A DNA stretch of 63,886 bases, filler included, from an uncultured bacterium (GCA_964632485.1; 4 parts of 4 records of this genome joined end to end with filler, not necessarily neighbours in it); one strand, 5' to 3'. Shown: positions 23,247-33,974, counted from the whole stretch's first letter. Numbers and translations are program-made. The notes: generated by a model not told the origin, from the letters alone.

Positions 23247-25268
23247 CTACCTGATCAACTGCAGTTTGAGAATTCGGCTTTGCGAACCCACCCGCAACTG
23301 GCAGAAATAGATTCCGGTGGGCAGATGCGCGGCGTTGAAGCGGAGAGCATGATAGCCGGGGGCATAGGCGCTCAGATCGATGCGTTCGACAGTCCGTCCC
23401 ATCAGGTCGCGAATGATCAGTTCCTTCGGCGCGGCCGACCGGGTTTCTTCTCCCAGGTATAAATAGATGGTCGTGCCGGCGTTGAAGGGGTTCGGGTAGT
23501 TTTTAATCAGCGCGAAATGCCCGGGTCCTTTCGGCATATCGGGATTTTCGTCCGTTGCCAGCGGCGTTGTATAATCGGCCACATAGGCGGTATATTTGCA
23601 GCGGATGTTGTGTTTCAGGCTCAGTTCGATCAGGGCAGTTTTCAGCGAATCGGTTTCTCCCCAGACCGCGATGCGGCGCTCGAGGTCGTCGATTTTCTCC
23701 CTGGCCCAGAGCTTTTCCACAAACTGGTTCTGTTCGTTGCCGGTTTCCATGGTCACGGTCGCGCCATAGCCCTGCAGGGCGCCGTTGCTGTCATTGCCGG
23801 CGATCGAGAGGGAAGCGGAGCCGGTCTGGCGGTAGCGGCCCACAAGCAGCATGGAGGAACCGGCATAGAGGTCGGGTTTGATTTCCGGCAGCAGGTCATA
23901 GATTTCGGTTCCGCCGCCCATCTCGTAGAGAACCTGGCGTAGGAGGGGCTGATTGATGCGATCGAAAACCGAGCGGATGCCGGAATAGATTTCGTCGCTG
24001 TTGCGGAAGAAGGAGGCGAATCCGTGATTGTAGGCGCTGATGGCCTGGATTTTGTAATAGTCGGGATCGTCGCCGACGCCGACCGTAAAGATGGCGGCTT
24101 GGGCTTTATTGCTGTTTTGGATGGCGTTCAGGTTGAAATAGGCATAGCCGGAAGTGATCAGCAGGACCATATTGGAACGCAGGATATCCTTGAACTGGTT
24201 CAGCGCGAACTGCATGGCGCTTTCGAGGGAAACCCCGGAATAGCGGCTGACGCCGTCGAGATAGGCGGAGGCCTGAGTGATGTTGGCGCTGTCGGCGCAT
24301 TTCAGCGTGGATTGCCAGTACTGGTAATTGTAGTTGAAGAGAACGATATTGAAGGAATCCGCCGGGTTGAGCCGGGACAGGCATTCTTTGATGGCGGTGC
24401 GGCAGAGGTTGAAGTTTTCCTGGGAGACGCGAGTGGAATTTTCGAGAACGAACACCAGCCGTTTGGGCAGGCATTGCGCCGCGCCGTCGGCATTGTCCGG
24501 CGGGTCGATCGTCAGTGAGAAATAGCCGTCGTCGCCTTCGGGTTTCGTGCAGAAAAACGAGGTTTGCAGGGTGTCGTGGGGTACCTTATACGTCAGTTTC
24601 AGGTCGTTCGCCAGATAGGTTTTGGAAAGTTCCTGGCGGTAATGGAGAAAATTTCCGCAGGGCGCCGCGTTTTGGCAGGTCCCGTAGTGGTTGGTGGCGA
24701 AATCCCGGACTTCGGGTTGGTTGTAGACATAGAAATCAGCTTCGAAAAGGTCCAGCGGGTATTGGACGAAGGGGTCCGTTTTCATGGGGATGGAGAAGGT
24801 CAGGCCGTCCTGCTGGACAGTGGCGGTTTGGATATAGCGCAGTTCGACCTTTTGCAGGGTATGGGGCTGAATATCCTTCAGCATGACCTTGATGCCGTTC
24901 TTGCCGATATAGGCGTTGACCAGCGCGGCCATGCCGCCTTCGCCCGTGCCGGGATTGACGCTTTGTTCCTTGACCTGGAGTACGGCCTGATAGACCTGAT
25001 CCCCGTACCAATAGACGAACAATGTGGCCCGGGCGTCGAAAGGCAGGGGGTAGTTATAGACGGCATCGGTTTTCTGGTCCCACTCGTTGACGAATTCCTG
25101 GTAAACGCGGGTTTCCATGACGGGGCCGTGCGTCTCCACGGTCAGTCGGGTCACGCGGGGCCGCAGCAGTTCATACGGGTAATTGGCCGCGCCGGGCACC
25201 ATGACGCCGTCGGCATAAAGGGTAGCGGCCAGCAGCAGCCAACAGAGATATTTGTAAAGATGGGACAT
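23247..25268 (-). CDS. Secreted VIT + vWA paralog with degenerate MIDAS and T9SS-type C-terminal domain
   Basis: Colinear with 20901-23003; ENSTRVS and LITSG replace DxSxS and TDG; NYPNPFN tail; start set at the Met after AAGGAG. Confidence 0.85.
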   Translation of the reverse strand: MSHLYKYLCWLLLAATLYADGVMVPGAANYPYELLRPRVTRLTVETHGPVMETRVYQEFVNEWDQKTDAVYNYPLPFDARATLFVYWYGDQVYQAVLQVKEQSVNPGTGEGGMAALVNAYIGKNGIKVMLKDIQPHTLQKVELRYIQTATVQQDGLTFSIPMKTDPFVQYPLDLFEADFYVYNQPEVRDFATNHYGTCQNAAPCGNFLHYRQELSKTYLANDLKLTYKVPHDTLQTSFFCTKPEGDDGYFSLTIDPPDNADGAAQCLPKRLVFVLENSTRVSQENFNLCRTAIKECLSRLNPADSFNIVLFNYNYQYWQSTLKCADSANITQASAYLDGVSRYSGVSLESAMQFALNQFKDILRSNMVLLITSGYAYFNLNAIQNSNKAQAAIFTVGVGDDPDYYKIQAISAYNHGFASFFRNSDEIYSGIRSVFDRINQPLLRQVLYEMGGGTEIYDLLPEIKPDLYAGSSMLLVGRYRQTGSASLSIAGNDSNGALQGYGATVTMETGNEQNQFVEKLWAREKIDDLERRIAVWGETDSLKTALIELSLKHNIRCKYTAYVADYTTPLATDENPDMPKGPGHFALIKNYPNPFNAGTTIYLYLGEETRSAAPKELIIRDLMGRTVERIDLSAYAPGYHALRFNAAHLPTGIYFCQLRVGSQSRILKLQLIR

Positions 25269-25318
25269 GATCGACTCCTTGGATGGATTGGGGGATTGTC
25301 GGGTTTGCATGGGGGCCG

Positions 25319-27622
25319 CTACTTGATGAGCATGATTTTGCGGGTCAGCCGGCGTTGGGAATGGCTGCCGGATGCGATTTGATCAAGGGCGAGGAAATAT
25401 ACGCCGGTGGGTAGGGTGGAACCGTTGCGCTCCCTGGCGTCCCATTCGAGGGCCGCTCCTGTTTGCGCCGGGTTCCAGCGTTGGGAAAAGACTTGCCGTC
25501 CCTGGATGTCGTAAACCGCCAACTGGTATTCACTGGCGGCGGCCGAGGCGGGCAGCGTGATCCGCAGGCGGCTGTTGAAGGGATTGGGATAGCAAACCGC
25601 ATCGAAGCCATCCCCCGGAACCGAAGAGCATGTTCCGGGAACGGTATAGCTGGCGGTATCCTGGCCGCCCAGGCCGGCATAATGGATTTTCAGCGTTATT
25701 CGATTTCCGCCCGTCGCGAGTGAGGGCGAAGTATAGGCAATTTGCTGCATAGTTGGGCGCAGGGAGGCGATATCGAGCAGTATGTCCCGGAAATTGCCGA
25801 ATATTGAATAAAATTTTCCGCCCGTGGGTTCAATCACCGGATTGCACCAACTGATTTGCAGGCTGGGATCGGAAATGGAATGGACGACGATCCCTTTTTG
25901 GAGCATTAAATTGGTGATTTGTTCGATGGAATAATCCCGGAAATGGTATCCTTCGTCGGTGATCCAGATGATGCTTCGGTCGCTGCCTTCCCGCCAGCTC
26001 AACTGTGCCGCCGAATAGAGCCCGGCGAGTGAGTTCTCGTCGCCTCCCCAAAGTGAAATTCCGGCTAACGCAGTTCGAATGGCTTCGGTATCTGAAGTCA
26101 AATCCCAGGTATGATCGACATAGTCACTGAACGTCACCAGCCCGATCCTGAAATTATACTGGTTGTCGGATAAGGTTTGGGCGAATTCATTTAGATTGTT
26201 GCGTACCTGATTGATGTTGTCGCCCATGCTACCGCTGACATCGATGACGAAAACAACGTCGATCAGGGAACTGCCCGAATAAACCGTTTCCAGATCGATA
26301 TCCTGAATCCGTGTATCGTTTTCGTAAAGTGTCAGGTGATAGGGCTTGATATTTTTAATCCGGGTTTGATTCGTGTTTTGAAGCGCATCGATCACAAAGC
26401 GTACCGTCGGATACGAGGATACGTCGATGCTATCGATGGAAACGGTCAGTCCCGTATCGGCCACCGGCACCGCCGGGATGAAAACGGGCAGACTCAGGAA
26501 ATCGAGCAACGTGCCGCCCGAGTTGCACGCGATTGTAACCTGCGAATAGGAGTCCTCGTAGCGTTCTTCGCTTTCGAGGGTAATGGGAAGGATATCTGCG
26601 GCGTTAGCGCTCAGGCTGAACGTCAGGTTTGAATCCGGGGTCAGCAGGGGTTCTTCTGTCCGGATGGAGATCGTGCCGTTGAGCGCTTGCGCGCTAAGTC
26701 CGCACAATTGCAGGTAGGCGGTGATCTGGCCGGGATAGAGGAGATTGTTTTCGATGGAAAGAAACCGGGGGGATTGAGCGGAAAGGAAAAGCTTGTTCGC
26801 AAACTCGCCGTCCTGGAAAAACCATTCCCATTCGAGGCGTTCACTTTCCCCGGCACTTAGGGTGGCAACCTGGCTGGAGATGCGCAGGCAAAGATCATAG
26901 ATCATCCGCCCGGCGGGGGTTTGGTTCTGATAGATGGTGTTCCAGTTCGCGATCTGAATGGCGGCGGGGCTGTCCTGGCCAAAGCGGCAGGTCAGTCCCA
27001 TGCCGTGGGCCAGTCCGGCTTTTTGCAGAATTTCAAGTGAATCCGCTGCCGCTGCCGGTGCGATTTCTCGTTCGCCGCCGATCTCCCCGCCATCGATGCG
27101 GCAAAGCCCGTCGCCGCGCCAGCCCATGGCGGGATCGACCACCAGGCCGAGGCCGGTCTCGAGGGTGGAGGCGGACAGGTTGCCGATTTCCAGCGTCATT
27201 TTCCAGGTGCGGCCCTGGTCGTGGGATTCACAGGCGAAGATGAATTCCAACTGGTTTTCCAGCCGGTTGCGGTATTCGAGGCAATTGCCCGTTGTTGTGA
27301 CCTGGCCGCCGGTTGGGAACAGAGCTTCCGCTTTTTGCCAGCCGCCGTTGAGATAGATTTCGGGGTAGGAGGTTTTGGCGTAGGGATGGCCGAAGAGCAG
27401 CGGCAGGTTGTCGTCCACTGCCAGCGAGGACGCGCCCGATGTGGTCCCCATGGTGAAATAGCCGCCGTCGAGCATGCTGATTTCGGAAATGGCGGCGCTA
27501 AGCAGGGATTGGCCATCCGTTTTGAGGAGACCGTTGACATCGAGCGCATCTTTGACCTGTGGCCAGACGGTCAGGGGTAAGAGACAGATCAGGATTAAGA
27601 GTATTCTTTGCAGTGGTTTCAA
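25319..27622 (-). CDS. Secreted vWA domain protein with T9SS-type C-terminal domain
   Basis: Signal peptide; DVVFVIDVSGSM MIDAS, WITDE; CYPNPFN...LPTGVYF tail. Confidence 0.88.
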   Translation of the reverse strand: MKPLQRILLILICLLPLTVWPQVKDALDVNGLLKTDGQSLLSAAISEISMLDGGYFTMGTTSGASSLAVDDNLPLLFGHPYAKTSYPEIYLNGGWQKAEALFPTGGQVTTTGNCLEYRNRLENQLEFIFACESHDQGRTWKMTLEIGNLSASTLETGLGLVVDPAMGWRGDGLCRIDGGEIGGEREIAPAAAADSLEILQKAGLAHGMGLTCRFGQDSPAAIQIANWNTIYQNQTPAGRMIYDLCLRISSQVATLSAGESERLEWEWFFQDGEFANKLFLSAQSPRFLSIENNLLYPGQITAYLQLCGLSAQALNGTISIRTEEPLLTPDSNLTFSLSANAADILPITLESEERYEDSYSQVTIACNSGGTLLDFLSLPVFIPAVPVADTGLTVSIDSIDVSSYPTVRFVIDALQNTNQTRIKNIKPYHLTLYENDTRIQDIDLETVYSGSSLIDVVFVIDVSGSMGDNINQVRNNLNEFAQTLSDNQYNFRIGLVTFSDYVDHTWDLTSDTEAIRTALAGISLWGGDENSLAGLYSAAQLSWREGSDRSIIWITDEGYHFRDYSIEQITNLMLQKGIVVHSISDPSLQISWCNPVIEPTGGKFYSIFGNFRDILLDIASLRPTMQQIAYTSPSLATGGNRITLKIHYAGLGGQDTASYTVPGTCSSVPGDGFDAVCYPNPFNSRLRITLPASAAASEYQLAVYDIQGRQVFSQRWNPAQTGAALEWDARERNGSTLPTGVYFLALDQIASGSHSQRRLTRKIMLIK

Positions 27623-27683
27623 AATTCCTCCAGTAAATAGGGGTTGTCAACATTCGGTATCAGGCACATTGCCCGACTAATAT

Positions 27684-27700
27684 AGCTTTTATTGTGCCAA
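27684..27700 (-). promoter_or_regulatory. sigma54 -24/-12 promoter of the vWA cluster
   Basis: Minus strand TTGGCACAATAAAAGCT (GG-N10-GC) about 60 nt upstream of the CDS. Confidence 0.6.
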
Positions 27701-28083
27701 AAATCAACCGGAAATTTATATGTCATTGCGCAAATTGATAATGCCTTATTGGATTTTATGATAGATTAGTTGTCAGATGAAAGCTTATAAATCGGCATTC
27801 AGTATCGGGTAAAAAAAATTTACTCCGCTGGAAAAAAAATTTACTCGAACGGTATTTTGCAATTAATCTGAAAAATTGCATTTGATCCGGTATTAGATCG
27901 GCTATTCATTGCCCGCTAAACATGGAAAATGTTTGTTCGGACACCGCATCAAGATGCAAGGCTCCTCCCGGACCAATTCGATTGCAGAGGGTTTAACGAT
28001 TTTGATGGTTTACTTGCGCTTTCCAGGTTGATTGCGACTATTAATAAGCCTTCAGGATTTGACATTCAATTTAAAATTCAAAT

Positions 28084-28728
28084 TTAAAATATAATCCCGG
28101 CGCTGACGCCCACACCCATTTGCAGGCGTTTGAAAAGCTCACGCGTGCCGTTGACCCTGCCCAATTTGTCGAAATATTTGTACCCCGCGGTGAAACCGTA
28201 GCAATAGCGGCGGTAATAGAATTCCAGGCCCAGGCCGATCCCGGCGGAATAGTCGCGGAATTTTCTCTTGAGTTCGCTGCTTTTTTTTTCGTAGTAATCA
28301 TCGACGGTATGATAGGCGCCGGCCAGGATAAAGGCGCGAGAAATTCGAGTATGGCGGAAGTCCCGCTGGAATTCGAATCCGTAATCGTAGTTGAATTTGG
28401 TGATTTTCTCGCTGCTTTGGCGCCATTCATAATAATAAATGACGCCGTTGAGCTTGAAATACCAGTTCTCGGTTAGCCGCTGGTTAAAATAGAGTCCGTA
28501 ACCTGTCAGATTAGCGAAAATGACGCCGAAAGAGCGCTGGAAAAGGGGCTGGCGGTCTTCGGGGTTTTGGGCGAAAGTCGGTTTGGAGGACGTTGTTGTG
28601 ATTATCATAAGAACGATGCTGAGGAATATCGGGCGTAAATCGGCCTGGCGCCTGCGTCTGCTTGGTGATAATGTTTTCATTGGGCTTTGCGACATACTTC
28701 GACCGGTGGGACAACAGATGATGGACAT
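28084..28728 (-). CDS. Small outer-membrane beta-barrel-like protein (start uncertain)
   Basis: Alternating aromatic/Gly beta-strands, terminal Phe; paralog of 28755-29324 (shared FQRD/LQRD and GxGxGxE patterns). Confidence 0.6.
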   Translation of the reverse strand: MSIICCPTGRSMSQSPMKTLSPSRRRRQADLRPIFLSIVLMIITTTSSKPTFAQNPEDRQPLFQRSFGVIFANLTGYGLYFNQRLTENWYFKLNGVIYYYEWRQSSEKITKFNYDYGFEFQRDFRHTRISRAFILAGAYHTVDDYYEKKSSELKRKFRDYSAGIGLGLEFYYRRYCYGFTAGYKYFDKLGRVNGTRELFKRLQMGVGVSAGIIF

Positions 28729-28754
28729 GGTAGGTTAGTCATGGCCAGGGTGGT

Positions 28755-29324
28755 TCAAAACATGAACCCCACCGCGACACCAATTCCCAGTTTCAGCGCC
28801 CGGGTGATCTCTTTCAGTCCTTCGTTGCGTCCGGATTCATCATTGAATTTAAAGCCGAAATCGAAATCGAGACAGAAGCGCTTCCTGACAATATACTCGC
28901 TGCCGATTCCCAATCCGACAACATTGATGTACTTATAGCTGTCACGCTCTTCATAACTATGGTTCTGGTACTCATCCTTGAACTTTTCGTAGTAGCGGTA
29001 TCCTCCCAGGAATCCATAGATGCGGGTGTTGGCGGCTTTATACAAATCGCGCTGCAGTTCCAGTCCAGCGTTGTAGAGAATCGACAACTCCTTTTCACTG
29101 GGGTCGTTATCCTCTCCCAGTTGATGAAAGTAGTAGTACACGAAGCCATTGACGCGGACAGAGTAGTTCTCGCTGAATTTTCGGTGGAAATAGGCGCCAT
29201 GGCCCGTCATAGATGAGGATTTCACTCCGATGATGTTTTTATAGGCATCGCCCTGAAAGCTAACGCCCTGGCCCAGGATTGATCCGGCCAAAGACAGCAA
29301 AAAGATCATTGCTGCAATTTTCAT
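28755..29324 (-). CDS. Small outer-membrane beta-barrel-like protein
   Basis: Signal peptide, amphipathic strands, ends GIGVAVGFMF; GAGGAG RBS. Confidence 0.7.
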   Translation of the reverse strand: MKIAAMIFLLSLAGSILGQGVSFQGDAYKNIIGVKSSSMTGHGAYFHRKFSENYSVRVNGFVYYYFHQLGEDNDPSEKELSILYNAGLELQRDLYKAANTRIYGFLGGYRYYEKFKDEYQNHSYEERDSYKYINVVGLGIGSEYIVRKRFCLDFDFGFKFNDESGRNEGLKEITRALKLGIGVAVGFMF

Positions 29325-29515
29325 TACAATTCCTCCTCGGTTTTTCGGTTGCCGGTGAATTCAGCAGTTTTCCGGATGGATTTGTTACCAGCTAAGCCCA
29401 AAGATACAGATGCGCATTTGATTCTTAATATAATAATACAAATAACAAGTAAAAAAGTCAAGCAAAATAAAAAAATTTGCCGGGTAGTTTCTCTTCTCCT
29501 CGCTCCTGTCAACTT

Positions 29516-29552
29516 TCCCCTCGCTCCTATGGGGAGAGGGCAGGGTGAGGGG
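29516..29552. repeat. REP-like palindromic element (CCCCTC...GGGAGAGGGCAGGGTGAGGGG type)
   Basis: TCCCCTCGCTCCTATGGGGAGAGGGCAGGGTGAGGGG; related copy at 55781-55811. Confidence 0.65.
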
Positions 29553-29579
29553 ATTCTAACAGGTGAGGGGAAAGATCAT

Positions 29580-29772
29580 TTATTCCGGTTTTAAGCCGCG
29601 GTATCATGGTTACTCGCGAAAGATAACCGGGCAAGCCGCCGGTATGGTGGACCATCTTTTCGCCTCTATAACCGGACACACGGAATCCCAGCGCATAGCC
29701 GCTAAAGTTGGGACGTGAAAGCATGAGTTCGGGAGCGGGTTGACGGATAGGGATTGGTGTTGTCGCTGCCAA
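29580..29772 (-). pseudogene. Fragment of a serine hydrolase (beta-lactamase/AmpC-like) C-terminus
   Basis: GYALGFRVSGYRGEKMVHHTGGLPGYLSRVTMIP contains the HTG motif; rest of the gene is absent. Confidence 0.7.
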
Positions 29773-29978
29773 AGGGATTGATTACTTTTAACTGATCGTC
29801 AATAATCCCGTGAGTGGCTGAGCTGTTTTCTTCTTTGCCGGCCTCTGAATGGCGAACCCGACATACTCGAGCTTGAGTCTTTTGCCAATATTTTTTTGGG
29901 TGTTCACCGCTATGAATCGTGAAACCACTCACTTTGTTAAGTGGTATGAACAAATTTTTTGGAATGAGGCACTGGGAT

Positions 29979-32900
29979 TTATTTTATCAGAAGCAGTTTC
30001 CCGATCTTTTGTCCGAAGGCCCCGGATTGTAATCTGCAGAAATAGACGCCGCTGGCGACCGGGCGGTTTCTTTGATTTCTTCCGTCCCACCAGATTTGGT
30101 GCCGGCCGGCTCCCAATGTCCGGTCGATTAGTTTGATCACCAATTCTCCATAAAGATTATATATTTCGATCTGGCAGGTCGCCATTCGAGGTATATAAAA
30201 CCCAATCATGGTTCCGATATTGAAGGGATTGGGGAACGCCGGAAACAATTCGAATTGGGCGGGTCCCGGTGTTGCAGTTTCCAGCAAATCGGTGGCCAGG
30301 GTATAAAAAACCTGAACTTCCTGCAACGCCACCCAGTCCTTCATCAGGTCATTAACCAGTCGGATATAGCGGGTTTGCAGAGGTTCGACCTCGAAAACCG
30401 CTTTTTTAAGGTTCTGAGAAATCACCCCCCAATTATTGATGATTGCAATTGTATCCTGTTCTCCCTGGAATTCGCCGGACAGGGAGGTTTCGATATGGAA
30501 TTTCACAAAAAAATCCGCGTCAGCGCCTTGACCCTGATAGATGGCAATTTTATTAATCCAGTAGGTTTCGTTCATTTTCACCTGCCACCAGTCTCCTTCC
30601 AGCAGGGTAAAGGGGTAATAGCGTGTGCGCCAGAAGCGGTTGACCGTCGTGGTGTCGCCATCCACGGCATAGCCCGGTTCCCAGAGCCTGGCTGGCCAAC
30701 TGACAGCGGTGGCGCCACCTCCAAAGGCCAGATTGCTATGTTCATCAGCTACATGAAGAAAAACCGGCAATGCCACCGAATAAATAGTGGAATCGGGGCT
30801 GCTGATTACCAGGGAAATCTGATCCTCCGCTCCGGGATTATATCCAGCCGCGGATAATGTCAGGGTGATCCGGATGCTATCCCTGCCGGAAACAGTTCCC
30901 GATGCCGGATCGATGGTGATCCATTGCGCGGATTGAGCGGTTTTAAAAACTGGCAGGGATGGTTGATATTTGCGGTGGAAGAGTGAATCGACCGGGTTGA
31001 TTTCAAATTGTACCGGCATGGTTTCACTATTATAAAGCGTGATCGTTTTCACAGTGGATTGTCCGGGCTGGAGCAATGCCGGAATGCTGTCATCCGCAAC
31101 TCTTAACTGGCTGGCAAAGACGTAAGGCCCGGACTGCCAATCAAGCGCCGGTTGTTGGGCAATTGCTTCCGCGCCGTTGGCATCCCATGCCGCGAATTTG
31201 AAATGTATCGCCCCGGATGCGGGCAGAGCGGTTGCATAATCGTAATAAACGCCCTGGCTGTAATGATTCATTCCAGATGTTGCCGGCTGCATGGCAAAAC
31301 TTCCTTCCGCGATTTGCCCGACTGTATCTATGCAATCGCCATCCCCATTGAAATCGAATCGGATTACCGGACAGCCCGACAGCGGGGGATCGTTGTCATA
31401 ATCTGAATATCTGACCCTGAAAGTGAAGGATTGCGTAATGTCGCCGCTATCCGGCTCAATACTCAACCGAAAGGAGGAATCGCTGATCAGCGACAATAGA
31501 GGCAGACTATTGGCCGGTTGAGGGGTTTCTTCCGGGGAAACCGCTAATATACAGGAACTGGCCTCATCGACGATAAAAATATTGTTTTCCGCATCGATGG
31601 CAATGGATTGAATATTAAGAAAGTTGTAGTGATATTGATCATTGGATTGGTGGATGATCTCCAGAAGGATTCCCAACTGATCAAAGACCAGTAGTTCGGT
31701 TTTTTCAGCGATCACGATTCGCCCCGACGCATCAAACGCTACATCGACTGGCTGTTGCAGGCTGTCATGGGAGATCGTTTGGATAAAGGAAAAAGCGGTC
31801 CCGTCAAAATCAAGAATAACCACGCGATCATTTTCGGTGTCAGCGACCAGGAGGTGTCGGGAATTTTGATCAAACGCGCAGGCCCGGGGCGATTGGAATT
31901 GACCCTCGCCGCTACCCTCTGAACCGATCATGGCGATAAAGGTTCCATCGTTGTGAAACGCCTGTATGCAATGGTTCCCGTTATCCAAAATCATCAGGTT
32001 TCGGTCGCGGTCCATATCCACATCAGTGACGGATTGGAAAAACCCGGGGCCCGATCCCCTATGGCCGAATTTTGAGACGAATGACCCGTCCGGAGCATAT
32101 TTTCGCATACCGAAGTTGTATTCTTCTTCCATCCAGGCTTCATTGTCGAATAAATAAACCGTATCCGCTTCATCGACATAAAAATTCCAGAAGGTTTTGG
32201 GCTCACTGCGTTGAATAAAGGCCCGTGTGTTAAACCCCCGGATATCCTGGATGAAGATTTCACTGTAATGATAGGATGAAATATAGCGCGCGCCTTTGGA
32301 ACTGATGACGATACCTCGCAATCCGTACCAGGGCAGTACCAGGATTTCGTTGGAAAACCCGCTTTCCACGTCTTGAGTGTCCACTGCGGTGATGCAGTAA
32401 AAGTATCCACCTCCCGAAAGGCTGATATTCAGAGTGTTTTCTGTTGTAGAATCGACCAGTTTCATGGGATACACGGGATAAAACTGGCCGTTCATGATGC
32501 AGTCACAGCGGTAGATCCGATAAATCCGGATGCCGGTTGTATCATGGTCCCAGTCAATGGTTGTCTCAGTATGATGATGCTGGCTGGCGGTCCGTAGGTT
32601 GTAAGGAGCGGCGGGCGCATCCAAATCCGGTATTGTAGTCCGGATATCATAGACTGCGGCAAGGCTGTCCCCATTCCAAAAGGCCAGGTTGGATTCAAGT
32701 ATCGTGATCCACTCATAATGGGAATGCCCGTTAAACGAAATAGCCAGAAACAAAAGTCCATTGGTTCCGACAATATCGATCCAGTCGCCATAGGGTTTCT
32801 CGCCTATTGAAAATATGCCGTTAGAATCGGTGATTCCCTCAGCGAAGGGCGTATTTGGGATTTCGCCCGATGGAAACTCTTTTCGATATGCGCGCACAGT

Positions 32901-33197
32901 AGCGCCGATCAAGGGTAGTTGGTCCCGGCCCCAAACGCGGACCCGATTATCACTGGGGATATCCAACAGGTATTCGCCGTAGTAGCCCCGTCTTTTATGC
33001 AAATCCCGGTTAAAACTATAGGCGGTATGTTCACTTAAAAAGGGGGACATATCAAACATCAGAGCATGTTCCAGGGGCTTATCGCCGGTTCCGATTCCCA
33101 CTGGCAGCCCGGACTGATCCAGTACCTTGTTTCCCGAAGGTCCAATCCCGATCTGGTAAATATCGATTCGGCCCAATTGGTGGCAGATTTCGTGGAT
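29979..33197 (-). CDS. Large secreted protein (FN3-like, NHL/6-bladed beta-propeller, F5/8 discoidin-like, FlgD-Ig tail); 5' end lost at contig edge
   Basis: GSGPGFFQSVTDVDMD and GSGEGQFQSPR NHL repeats; YCITAVD FN3; AVDGD..WWQV..TRYIRL discoidin; FPNPFN tail. Confidence 0.85.
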   Translation of the reverse strand: MHEICHQLGRIDIYQIGIGPSGNKVLDQSGLPVGIGTGDKPLEHALMFDMSPFLSEHTAYSFNRDLHKRRGYYGEYLLDIPSDNRVRVWGRDQLPLIGATVRAYRKEFPSGEIPNTPFAEGITDSNGIFSIGEKPYGDWIDIVGTNGLLFLAISFNGHSHYEWITILESNLAFWNGDSLAAVYDIRTTIPDLDAPAAPYNLRTASQHHHTETTIDWDHDTTGIRIYRIYRCDCIMNGQFYPVYPMKLVDSTTENTLNISLSGGGYFYCITAVDTQDVESGFSNEILVLPWYGLRGIVISSKGARYISSYHYSEIFIQDIRGFNTRAFIQRSEPKTFWNFYVDEADTVYLFDNEAWMEEEYNFGMRKYAPDGSFVSKFGHRGSGPGFFQSVTDVDMDRDRNLMILDNGNHCIQAFHNDGTFIAMIGSEGSGEGQFQSPRACAFDQNSRHLLVADTENDRVVILDFDGTAFSFIQTISHDSLQQPVDVAFDASGRIVIAEKTELLVFDQLGILLEIIHQSNDQYHYNFLNIQSIAIDAENNIFIVDEASSCILAVSPEETPQPANSLPLLSLISDSSFRLSIEPDSGDITQSFTFRVRYSDYDNDPPLSGCPVIRFDFNGDGDCIDTVGQIAEGSFAMQPATSGMNHYSQGVYYDYATALPASGAIHFKFAAWDANGAEAIAQQPALDWQSGPYVFASQLRVADDSIPALLQPGQSTVKTITLYNSETMPVQFEINPVDSLFHRKYQPSLPVFKTAQSAQWITIDPASGTVSGRDSIRITLTLSAAGYNPGAEDQISLVISSPDSTIYSVALPVFLHVADEHSNLAFGGGATAVSWPARLWEPGYAVDGDTTTVNRFWRTRYYPFTLLEGDWWQVKMNETYWINKIAIYQGQGADADFFVKFHIETSLSGEFQGEQDTIAIINNWGVISQNLKKAVFEVEPLQTRYIRLVNDLMKDWVALQEVQVFYTLATDLLETATPGPAQFELFPAFPNPFNIGTMIGFYIPRMATCQIEIYNLYGELVIKLIDRTLGAGRHQIWWDGRNQRNRPVASGVYFCRLQSGAFGQKIGKLLLIK

Positions 33198-33297
33198 NNN
33201 NNNNNNNNNNNNNNNNNNNNNNNNNNNNNNNNNNNNNNNNNTTAATTAATTAANNNNNNNNNNNNNNNNNNNNNNNNNNNNNNNNNNNNNNNNNNNN
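33198..33297. other. Assembly contig junction
   Basis: N spacer with TTAATTAATTAA linker. Confidence 0.97.
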
Positions 33298-33857
33298 TCC
33301 AGGCCGAACTCTTTTGCATGATCACGCGCGTGCGATTCCAACCGCCCGGGCTCCCAGTAGAGCTTCCGCTCCTTCACTCGTCGCCCCAGTTCATCGGAAA
33401 AGTTTTTGATCTCCTGATCTGTCAGTCCCCCCTCTTTCGCGCGTTCGCCGGGCGTCCGGCTGTAGCCCTTGAAGCCGCCCGGCTCGAAATAGGCCACGGT
33501 GCGCGTGCGGCAGTTGAAGTGGTAGGGCGGCATGCATGCGCCGCTGTCGTTTAGGCTTTTCGTGCTCGTCAGCTTCGACAGCCGTTCGGCCCAGTCCTGC
33601 TGGGAGATCATCGGGTGAGCTTTTTTCATTCCTTCAAGCGAGTCGCCGGAGCCAATCGCGCGGTCAAGCTGATTGCGCATTTTGCTCACGGGGATAATCC
33701 GTCCGTGCATCCGTCGGCAAATCTCCGTAGTCTTAGAGTCCATTACGGCCACGACTTCGGCATACTCGATGGCCGCTTCTTCATATCCCGATACACTGCC
33801 GTACTGCGCCAGCTTGAACATCCAATGCTGAGCCGCGACGCGTATCTGCGTCTGCAT
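33298..33857 (-). CDS. MuF-domain/toxin fusion, cassette C (3' end cut by contig edge)
   Basis: DSKTTEICRRMHG and PPYHFNCRT MuF motifs; tip begins LYWEPGRLESHARDHAKEFG like cassette A. Confidence 0.8.
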
Positions 33858-33900
33858 CTCCTGGGCGAAAGCGCCGACAGCGGGCGACCATTTCGCTATA

Positions 33901-33927
33901 GTTTCAATCCTTGTTTTACTGGATTAG
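33901..33927 (-). repeat. Truncated CRISPR repeat (27 of 37 nt) between cassettes B and C
   Basis: GTTTCAATCCTTGTTTTACTGGATTAG identical to the array repeat, then diverges to CTGTCAGG. Confidence 0.95.
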
Positions 33928-33974
33928 CTGTCAGGAGCTCAAAAGTCGATCGTGTTTAAAAAACCGGCCATGAT

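Noticed and set aside
20838-27680. Many overlapping 60-290 aa ORFs on alternative frames
   Set aside because: Shadow ORFs of high-GC vWA genes with no recognisable motifs
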